From positions 1-28,638 of the forward strand of contig NIVC01005009.1 in the NCBI GenBank assembly GCA_002269645.1: a DNA stretch of 28,638 nt, given 5' to 3'. Below, piece after piece: positions 19,529 to 28,638 of the stretch; the stretch's first letter is position 1, and each line of letters begins with the position of its first letter. The stretch comes from Macrostomum lignano (taxonomy: Eukaryota). A program made the translations under genes and the position numbers. A model generated the notes under the pieces. It was not told where the DNA came from. It ran no database searches and worked only from the letters and a program-made list of their open reading frames with translations.

Positions 19529-20840
19529 GCCAGTGAACAAAGCAGTATCGGTATGATGCAACAGCTGATTGTGTATCGTAGCGTAGAGAGCCCATTTTTT
19601 CAATTCAGTCAACATGCAGTTCGGTGTTGCGTAATCGGAGTGGTCCAGTCGGTGGGTCAGAGCGATATTTGCAAGCACTAAAGACGTACGAGTCTTACAT
19701 GCGGAATGCTCGCAGTTTATAGCGCGCACAAGATCAAGCACTAAAGTAAGACTTCCTGGGTCCATACTCGATCTCAAATTAACAATCAAAAGCCTATTCA
19801 CGAGTCATTTTATCACATGACTGGTGTACAAAGCGACGAAAATAATACACAAATCGTGCGATTCCTCAAAAATTAAATGCATTTGATGGCGGTGGGAATC
19901 AAAGCATCAAATCCAAAGTCTTTTTCCCCTGGCAGATGCAGTTTTTGTAAGTGCGACACCGCCAAAAACTATCTGATTTAAAGCCTTAAGACAAAGCTTT
20001 GGGACTCTGAAGAACAAGCGGTCAAGAAATCTATCGAATGCCAAAACGGCGATATCAATGTCTAGTCAAAGGGTGACACGCACTCGCACACGACGCCCCT
20101 GTCCGTGTTCTGTCGCACGTCGTGAAGCCGTCCCGTAGACGACCCTCTGGCGAGGGCTTCTTCGTTACCGCCGTTGTTGTCGGGCTCATGGCCGTACCAC
20201 AGACTCTCATTCACGGTGATGCCGCAGGTGCTCCACACCCAGCCTCCTCGCGGCTCCGCACTGCCTGCTGGCTGGTAGCCGTCCAGGAACAGATTGAGGT
20301 TCAGACTGTACTTGGTGTACAGCTGGTTGATGTAGTCCATCTCGGCTAAGTCCACCGCATCCGCCATCATTGCCAGGCCGCCACCGAACTCGCACCGTTG
20401 CTTCTGAGCTGCCCAGTAACCCAACTCAGAGTATAGTCTGTACTTCACTCCGCACCGGTCGTCGCCGAAGTCAGACGGACACAGCGAGCCGGGCGGGAGA
20501 CCCGACTGCTGCTTGACGAGCAGGCGACCTCTGAGGGAGCAGCTGCTGCAGTTCCTCACCGACTTGCTGCACCTGTCGAACACGAACAGCTGGCAGGGTC
20601 CGGCGGCGGTGGTGAAGGCCTGGCAGCTGGGCTCCCGGCTGCACAGGAAAGCGCAGGGCTGCTCGGAGCTCACCTCGGGAATGGTGCGAGTGAACTCAGG
20701 CCGGATGCACAGGGAGCCGTTGATTGGAGAGTAGCGGTTGCGGCACGTCTGTGCGCTGCAGTGACGAACAGTCGGCAGTGACAGCAGCGAGATGTACAGT
20801 GGCAGAAGGTGCAGCAGCTGCGGCATATTTGCGGACTGTA
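19529..20840 (-). repeat. Right arm of the 1.3-kb inverted segmental duplication (partner 13185-14501)
   Basis: Reverse-complement match to 13185-14501. Confidence 0.92.
20062..20826 (-). CDS. Secreted PAN/apple-like plus C-type lectin domain protein, 254 aa, intronless (copy B)
   Basis: Same 765-nt length as copy A, with 5 amino-acid differences (A vs B: S/N, Q/R, L/Q, A/S, G/D). I took the ATG at 20826 because homology ends about 14 nt upstream. The ORF-track extension to 20877 starts at a non-ATG codon and is not shared with copy A. Confidence 0.9.
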   Translation of the reverse strand: MPQLLHLLPLYISLLSLPTVRHCSAQTCRNRYSPINGSLCIRPEFTRTIPEVSSEQPCAFLCSREPSCQAFTTAAGPCQLFVFDRCSKSVRNCSSCSLRGRLLVKQQSGLPPGSLCPSDFGDDRCGVKYRLYSELGYWAAQKQRCEFGGGLAMMADAVDLAEMDYINQLYTKYSLNLNLFLDGYQPAGSAEPRGGWVWSTCGITVNESLWYGHEPDNNGGNEEALARGSSTGRLHDVRQNTDRGVVCECVSPFD

Positions 20841-23643
20841 ATTTCTTAGAACTAAAGCCAGAGTTGCATACTAGCAAACCTCAGATATCTAGCAGGGCTT
20901 TTTCGGGAGGAAGGAAGTGAAAACATTCATCGATCAGCCAATGAAAGGCGAGAAAAAAAGCTTTTTTACTCAGGACCAATGAATAATTGCGACGCGGAGG
21001 TGAAGTCAATTATCTTTATGGAACAGTTTAATAGCTTGAAAATTGTTTTTATTATGGTGCTGCGCGTCTGACCAATTAGGAATATGTACATAGCAAAACG
21101 TTTTATGAAAATAGAGAGCTAGAATAACTAGATGGCCCACTATAAGCACATTTGCGTGCAAGCTACTTTTCAGCTCAGTAGTAAGTTAAACTGATCGAAG
21201 CATTTCAATGTATTTTAAAAGCCAAGGCTTAAACCCTCAAACTACACAGAACCTCTACCCCTACAACGCCACCCAATTTTTATTACTTTCCTCGGTTGTT
21301 CCAGCCTAAATAATCTGCCTTGTAAACTTCAGTACATGGCTATATTTTGGATGAACCAAAAGCAAGCTTGGGCTTCTAAACCTATCAAAGTCAACTCAGC
21401 TGCCTTTATTCTTATAAAATAGCTTATGTATTCTTCACTGCTACTGAACTGAAAGTACGAAGCTGTTTTTTGCCAAGTGTTTATGCCTGAGTGGCCCATC
21501 ATATAGTTATTCTATAGCTACAGTATACATGTTGTAGCTAGTAGTATGCACCAAGCCATAAAAATTTAAGCGTAGTAGAAAAAAAAGCTTTTTTTCTCGA
21601 ACATAGAACGATCAACTTACTCAAGGCCCTTTTAAAAATTAGTGTACTATGTCGATTAAGGGGATCGGCCGCGGTTTTTTAGCTTTGTGAAAGTATTTTT
21701 TAATTTGAATTTAATTTTGAACTTTGCCAGTCATAAATTCTATTTTGCTGTAAGCATTATCACCTGTCTTTTTTAATTCCTCGTTGATTTAAAATCTTTT
21801 TTGAATTAGTCTATTAGTTTATATTTATCTTGCCACATGATGTCGCCAAATTCAACCAAAAATGTGCCATTTCTTTTTTGTATCGGATATAGAGGCATCC
21901 GACTTTTGAAATTTCCGATAAGAAAATGAAGCAGTCCCATCCAAATTTTTCAGGGTTATTAAATTACTCTTTTGAGTATCGTGCTCTCTTTGCTTTTAGG
22001 AGAAAAATTAGTCCAAGATCTAGGATCTAAAACCTTGATACGATTCGTAGCCCGAAGCTACGAACTAACGCCGGATTGTAGTTGTAGAGTTTAAAACAAA
22101 AACTGTCTACGATAAAAACTTTGCTTTAAGAATAAATAAAAATAAAAGTTATTTAAATACATTAAAAAAATGTTATTTTTTTAAACTTGCTTTTTTACTC
22201 TAGACCAGCACAGTTGTTGTCGACTCACAGGAGCTTTTAATGTTCTACAACTTAAACAATTTTCTGAAGGGACCATGTCGCCCAATTTAAAAGAAGTATC
22301 GATCAAACTCCAATAGGGTATTTGATCATGAATACGGACTCACTTTGTCACATTTAATTGGAAATTCATTTAGAAGATTTTTACCTGGGGATTACAATGA
22401 TAGTGTAAAATATTTCGTTTTTGTTTCATTAAAAGCATACATTTGGGAACAAAGCAGACCCAAAAGTATGTTCTACTGTACTGTATTTCATTTTTACTAT
22501 TTAAGGAAAGAAACAATCATTTCACCCTTATATAAGACATTTTTGAAGACCTTCAATTTCCAGCCACTTGCATATGAATGAATAAATACACGTTACTTTA
22601 GATAATAGAAAAATACTGGGCAATCATACACTTCCGTTCGGTAAATAGAGTGCAAATGACGATAATGCTCGTGAATTTGTATATGTTTCAATTACTGTAC
22701 TAGAGCCAGCTCACTCTAGTATCACTAGAGTGAATACTAGAGCCAGCTCACTGAGACAATCAACTCTAATTTACATACTATATTTACTATGTAGCTTATG
22801 AAGTATGAGTACGAGTACATCAAATCTGTTGGCTGTTTAGAGTTATTTATCTTATTTTTTAAGTAGATTTAGATTTACTGATTATTTTGCTTTGTTTCTT
22901 TATTTATTCTATATATAATAACTTATATTTTGATTCAAAAAATCAATATATCTAGACAATGCTGAATTTACAAATTAGTTGATATTATATCTAATTATCT
23001 TATTTGGTTCTCAAGGCTGTTTCTACAAATTCTGAATTTTACCACTTCAAAATAAAGTTAAGCATTATGTCTCTATGAGCAGCTTTTAAATTGCATTTGA
23101 AGAGATAATTGTAACTTTTTTGTTTGCATGTATGTCCTTAGGCTTTCATAATATAGATAATTTTTGTTATATTCTTTTTCAGCGTTTTCAACTGTTTCGA
23201 ATGCAAATATGAAATTGTACGTGTCTTGGTTCATACCCATCATTTTCTTCCATTTACTGCTATCAAATAATTATCCTTCTTAACGAAAATTCACAAATGC
23301 TTGTAAAAGAAAGTTGTACTTCACAAACAAAAAGTGCAAAATAATTTTTATCTAGTTTTACGAGCCATATGCTCTCACATGCATACTAATTGATATTTGC
23401 TGACTATTGACTGTCGCACAACCAGAGGAGAGGTCGCCTTACCTTCGTAGGAAATCCGAAAAGTGTTAGGAAAAATACAGGCCCATCACACTCCTCTCTG
23501 CTTGCGCCACTGACTTTTGTATATCAATCAAAAAAGAATTATGAAAAGACACTCACAATCACCATTAAAATTAATATCACAATTTTGTTTATACAAATTT
23601 TTATTCACGAATTTCAACTGTTAATGTGCACTGTCACGATGCC

Positions 23644-26322
23644 ATGGCTAAGCAATCCGGGCAGGCCTCCAGCTTACACACAAGACCAACCATTTCTCAG
23701 GCGACAGCAACAGAAGACAGCCAAGCCGAGGAGTCGAAGCTGCCGGACCCGGCCTCGGCCCGACTCGAGCTGGGGCCTCATCAACGAAATGTGTTCGTCA
23801 CCCAGCTCAACCAGGCCGAGGAGGAGGACCTCGTCCGCGAGGTCCCCGTGGTGTCGGAGACCGGGGCGCGGCTCCTGGACACCGGGGTGAACACGCTGCA
23901 GAAGACGCTAGTACTGAAGAAGGAGGCCGAGCTGAGCAAAATCGATAGCGATCTGCTGCAGAAGCGACGCGAGTTTCAAGATCGAATGCGAGAGTGCGAG
24001 AGCAAAAAGGTTTGCGGTTGCAAAATAGCTTACTCAAATAATGGCGACATACTCGCTGTGGAAGCAGTGAATTCTGGAAGATTTTAGCAGATGGAGAGAG
24101 AGTGTGTGCAGAGGGTAAAAGAGAGAGAGTGAGAAGAGGCGCGGTATAAGTAGAAATGGGGGTAAGAATGCAGAGATACTCGTAGGGAATGAGAGAGATG
24201 GTAAAAGGGAGCTGATGAGAGGCAGACACAACAGACACACCTAGAAACCAGAAGGAAGAGGGTTAGAGGTTGATACAACGCAGGAAGGAGGGGTGAGAGG
24301 TAGATATAAAGCAATAGGGAGAGGGTGAGAGGTAGGTATAAAGCAATAGGGAGAGGGTGAGAGGTAGATATAAAGCAATAGGGAGAGGGTGAGAGGTAGA
24401 TATAAAGCAATAGGGAGAGGGTGAGAGGTAGATAAAAAGCAATAGGGAGAGGGTGAGAGGTGAATATAAAGCAATAGGGAGAGGGTGAGAGGTGAATATA
24501 AAGCAATAGGGAGAGGGTGAGAGGTAGATATAAAGCAATAGGGAGAGGGTGAGAGGTGAATATAAAGCAATAGGGAGAGGGTGAGAGGTAGATATAAAGC
24601 AATAGGGAGAGGGTGAGAGGTAGATATAAATCAATAGGCAGAGGGTGAGAGGTAGATAGTAAGCAGGATGAGAGGTAGATAAAGAACTGAGATAAAAATT
24701 TATCAGCAAGTGGCCGAACCCCCGAACCGCAGATCGTGCTGGCCGAGAAGCAGCAGGCCATGAAAGACCGAGTGGGCAAGTTCGAGAAGTTCATCCAGGA
24801 GAACGAGGCCAAGCGGCGCCGAGCCATCCAGCGCTACCAGACGGAGTCGCGCCTGCGCGCATTCAAAGAGCGCGAAGAGGAGGAGCTGCAGTCTTACCTG
24901 GCTTTGCTGCGGCGGAAGCAGGCCGTGCTCAGCGCTAAAGTGCAGGCGTACCGAAAATTTGAGACCTACATGACTAGCGTGGTGGATATTCTGCCGCCAG
25001 ATTATATCAAGGTTGGTGCAGGCCTTAGGGATGATGGCAATCGCTCATCAATACACTGGATTCTCTGTTCAATGCTCTGACTATACTCGAAGCGCTAAGG
25101 TCATAGTTCAGTGTCAGACTTTGGATTTATTAAGGATTTCAAGGGTCGTTGGAAGTCACAAAAGGAGCTATTTTGAGTGTCGGGAATTCCATTAATCTTC
25201 TGGGGCGATCTGGAGATTGTTAGCGTTTTCGGGGTGTTAGGGTCGGGTCATCAGGGTGTCAGGGTCATCAGGGTGTCAGGATGTCAGGGTCATCAGGGTG
25301 TCAGGGTGTCAGGGTCATCAGGTGTCAGGGTGATGAGGGTGTCAGGGTCATCAGGGTGTCAGGTCATCAGGGTGTCAGGGTCATCAGTGTGTCAGGGTCA
25401 TCAGGGTGTCAGGGTGTCAGGGTCATCAGGGTGTCAGGGTTATCAAGGAGTCACGGTCATCAGTGTGTCAGGGTCATCAGGGTGTCAGGGTCATCAGGGT
25501 GTCAGGGTCATCAGGGTGTCAAGGTCATCAGGGTGTCAGGGTCATCAGGATGTCAGGGTCATCAGGGTGTCAGGGTCATCAGGGCGTCAGGGTCATCAGT
25601 GTGTCAGGGTCATCAGGGTGTCAGATTTATCAGGGTGTCAGGTTCATAGGATCACCACGGTCGTCTGGGCGTCAGAGTCATAGAGACCTCAATTTTATCA
25701 GGGTCACGAGGTCATCAGGATGTCAGGGTTGTGAAGGTATCAGGGGCTCAGGGTTGTCAGGCCAGGGTGATCTTGACGCGCGGCAATCGAATTAAAATCC
25801 GACAACGCCGCCACGCGCCCATCGCAGGTGTCCGACAACGTGATCGGCGGCCTGATCATGCGCTACAACACCCTGGAGGACACGTTTAACCGTCTCTACG
25901 CCCAGATGTCCTCCGTGCAGGAGCAGATCCAGGAAACCCGCGATCGCGAGTCCCGCCTGAAGGCCGACCACGCCAGGGACGTGCTGTCAAAGAATTCACA
26001 GCTGGCTGAGCTGCACGAGGCCACAGAGCGGCAGAAGGGCACCCAGGAGCAGCACGAGCAGCAGGTGTCCTATGTTATCCAGCGGATCCGCGACCGCAGC
26101 GAGGCCTACGGCATGACCCTCCGGGCCATCGACAACGTGGCCACGCGCTGCTTGAAGCGGCACGATCCTCATTTGCAGAGCCTGGACTGGCCAGAGAAGA
26201 TGGAGAAAATCCGCGACCACTTGATGGACATGGAGGAGGTGGTGCGCGCGGTGCAGGACCAAATGGCCCGGGGCGTTACTCCGTCAGCGACTCCGGCGGC
26301 GCCCGCCGCGGCAGCAAAATAG
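23644..26322 (+). CDS. CCDC42/CFAP73-family (DUF4200) coiled-coil protein, about 379 aa; exons 23644-24009, 24733-25011, 25828-26322
   Basis: Spliced translation: MAKQSGQ...NTLQKTLVLKKEAELSKIDSDLLQKRREFQDRMRECESKK|IVLAEKQQAMKDRVGKFEKFIQENEAKRRRAIQRY...YRKFETYMTSVVDILPPDYIK|VSDNVIGGLIMRYNTL...LIMDMEEVV-like C-terminus (DHLMDMEEVV)...AAAAK*. Phase-0 GT..AG introns. ATG in a GCCATGG context. The FEKFIQENEAKRRRA motif matches the family as I recall it; the exact orthologue is uncertain. Confidence 0.88.
24285..24680. repeat. Intronic purine-rich minisatellite, 32-bp unit GGGAGAGGGTGAGAGGT[A/G][G/A]ATATAAAGCAATA, about 12 copies, in intron 24010-24732
   Basis: Directly visible. It explains the SPSPYCFIST ORFs. 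Confidence 0.95.
25245..25780. repeat. Intronic minisatellite, 17-bp unit AGGGTCATCAGGGTGTC (8+9 substructure), degenerate at the 3' end, in intron 25012-25827
   Basis: Directly visible. It explains the SGSSGCQGHQGVRV ORFs. Confidence 0.93.
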
Positions 26323-26564
26323 CTGGCGCTGTTGAAGGAAGCCTCGCCATCACTGTAGCCTTGGATGACTGAGGCAAACTCGCTGCTTAATTCCTATGTA
26401 CATGATCTGGGCTTTGGTTTCTTGCGGTGTTTTAGCGCGGAGGTAACGCAATGCTCTGCAGGCTGGCACTTTACTACGACTTTGAATACTTTGGTGTTCT
26501 GCTCCATTTTCCATTTTCCCTCAGTTCATTTCTCTTCTCCCTGATCCCCGTTTTCCTTCTCCTT

Positions 26565-26810
26565 CATTCTAATAGTAATAATAATTGCTTAACACCTGTC
26601 CTAATGGGCAGATGTGCAACCGACAGCTCAGCCGCTGCCATTGGACTGGGGGGTCGCCACACACCCTCAATTACCCCAGCTAATGCTGGCACCCATTTTA
26701 CAGCTGGGTGAACTGAAACAATGCAGAGTTAAGTGTCTGCTCAAGGACACAAATTGTTCCGAGTGGGTCGAGATCGAACCCCCGACATTTCAGTTTGACC
26801 TTTCGAGTCC
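26565..26810 (-). mobile_element. tRNA/CORE-like SINE, copy 2 (5' head degenerate, ATT-rich tail)
   Basis: CAGATGTGCAACCGACAGCTCAGCCGC...CCCATTTTACAGCTGGGTGAACTGAA...CTCAAGGACACAAATTGT...ATCGAACCCCCGAC is shared with 16004-16203. The minus-strand tail is ATTATTATTACTATT. Confidence 0.83.
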
Positions 26811-27199
26811 TTCTCGATTCGAAATTAAGAAGCGCATTCAAAGAAGAGTTCCTAATTTTTGTTAATAAGTTTTTTCTGGGGAAATACCTAAGAATGCTAA
26901 TTTTTTATTTGTAAACCCAGTTTTTATTTGATCAAGCCTTTAGCCTATGTTTGAGTCCCTTGTAGTGCCTGATCTCCTTGTGCCTGCAAGAAACTGTTTT
27001 TTGTTATAAATAAAGAATTAAAAAACTAATTTTATGGCTACAAGTTCAAAAATAAAATCTTATAAGTCTGCTTCCTTCCTTCCTTATTAGTTTATAATAA
27101 TGACTTCAATTCAATGCGCTTCAAATCAATTATTAAATGTAAGAGTATGAAATGTAATGTAAGGTGAGAACGATAAAGCATGGTCTGTCTCCCATTGGT

Positions 27200-28638
27200 C
27201 GTTTATCTCATTCTTCACTATCCATGATCTGTTTATCTCATTTGTCTCTATCCATGATCTGTTTATCTCATTGTGTCTCTATCCATGATCTTTTTATCTC
27301 ATTGTGTCTCTATCCATGATCTATTTATCTCATTGTGTCTCTATCCATGATCTATTATCCATTGTGTCTCTATCCATGATCTATTTATCTCATTGTGTCT
27401 CTATCCATGATCTATTTATCTCATTGTGTCTCTATCCATGATCTATTATCCATTGTGTCTCTATCCATGATCATTTATCTCATTGTGTCTCTATCCATGA
27501 TCTGTTTATCTCATTGTGTCTCTATCCATGATCTGTTTATCTATTGGTCTCTATCCATGATCTATTTATCCATTGTGTCTCTATCCATGATCTTTATCTT
27601 GTGTCTCTATCCATGTTTGGATTGTGTCTCTATCCATGATCTATTTATCTCATTGTGTCTCTATCCATGATCTATTTATCTCATTGTGTCTCTATCCATG
27701 ATCTGTTTATCCCATTGTGTCTCTATCCATGATCTATTTATCTCATTGTGTCTCTATCCATGATCTGTTTATCTCATTGTGTCTCTATCCATGATCTATT
27801 TATCCCATTGTGTCTCTATCCATGATCTATTTATCTATTGTGTCTCTATCCATGATCTTTTATCCCATTGTGTCTCTATCCATGATCTGTTTATCTCATT
27901 GTGTCCTCTATCCATGATCTGTTTATCTCATTGTGTCTCTATCCATGATCTATTTATCATTGTGTCTCTATCCATGATCTGTTTATCTCATTGTCTCTAT
28001 CCATGATCTGTTTATCTCATTGTGTCTCTATCCATGATCTATTTATCCCATTGTGTCTCTATCCATGATCTATTTATCATTGTGTCTCTATCATGATCTG
28101 TTTATCTCATTGTGTCTCTATCCATGATCTATTTATCTCATTGTGTCTCTTCCATGATCTATTTATCCCATTGTGTCTCTATCCATGATCTATTTATCCA
28201 TTGTGTCTCTATCCATGATCTGTTTATCTCATTGTGTCTCTATCCATGATCTATTTATCTCATTGTGTCTCTATCCATGATTATTTATCCCATTGTGTCT
28301 CTATCCATGATCTGTTTATCTGATTGTGTCTCTATCCATGATCTGTTTATCTCATTGTGTCTCTATCCATGATCTTATCTCATTGTGTCTCTATCCATGA
28401 TCTGTTTATCTCATTGTGTCTCTATCCATGATCATTTTCCATTGTGTCTCTATCCATGATCTGTTTATCTCATTGTGTCTCTATCCATGATCTATTTATC
28501 TCATTGTGTCTCTATCCATGATCTTTATCCCATTTGTCTCTATCCAGATTGTATCTCATTGTGTCTCTATCCATGATCTATTTATTCTTGTGTCTCTATC
28601 CATGATCTTTTATCATTGTGTCTCTATCCATGATCTGT
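27200..28638. repeat. Satellite/minisatellite, 31-bp unit TGTGTCTCTATCCATGATCT[A/G]TTTATC[T/C]CAT, at least 45 copies, runs off the window end
   Basis: Directly visible tandem array without unique spacers. Confidence 0.96.

Noticed and set aside
20950-21597. Two A7-8-GC-T6-7 palindromes (about 20952 and about 21579) resembling intrinsic terminators
   Set aside because: They are low-complexity A/T runs in AT-rich eukaryotic DNA, with no support for function.
21655-22300. TTAA|GGGGATCGGCC as a possible Kolobok/piggyBac-type end followed by TE-like AT-rich sequence
   Set aside because: I found no matching inverted terminus or second TTAA-bounded end by eye.
24034-25795. Repetitive ORFs (SPSPYCF..., SGSSGCQGHQGVRV...)
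   Set aside because: They are intronic minisatellite translations between the CCDC42-like exons.
27200-28638. Possible CRISPR array (repeat unit of about 31 bp)
   Set aside because: The units are head-to-tail with no unique spacers, there are no cas genes, and the context is eukaryotic. The same applies to all other arrays.

Overview
Eukaryotic, intron-containing genomic DNA from an animal. GC-rich exons in AT-rich spacers and minisatellite-filled introns suggest a free-living flatworm such as Macrostomum, but this is an inference I could not test. Six protein-coding genes could be reconstructed by hand with GT-AG splice sites and consistent phases. They are: the last four coding exons of the AP-1 mu subunit (+); a 7-exon ribonuclease-inhibitor-type LRR gene resembling LRRC74 (-), which carries a 1-nt frameshift in exon 4; a 2-exon PLAC8/cornifelin-family gene (+); two about 98.5% identical intronless PAN/apple + C-type lectin genes in an inverted tail-to-tail duplication; and a 3-exon CCDC42/CFAP73-family (DUF4200) coiled-coil gene (+). 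Mobile DNA includes a decayed Ty3/Gypsy pol fragment inside the PLAC8 intron, two copies of a hAT-like MITE that differ by expansion of an internal 21-bp minisatellite, a foldback element with about 300-bp inverted arms, and two tRNA/CORE-like SINE copies. At least ten unrelated tandem arrays (15-33 bp units) are present, mostly in introns. Almost all long low-complexity ORFs in the supplied track are artefacts of these arrays. I see no CRISPR array or prokaryotic system, and no single clearly novel multi-gene system. The best leads are the minisatellite-carrying MITE, the lectin inverted duplication, and the intron-specific minisatellites.
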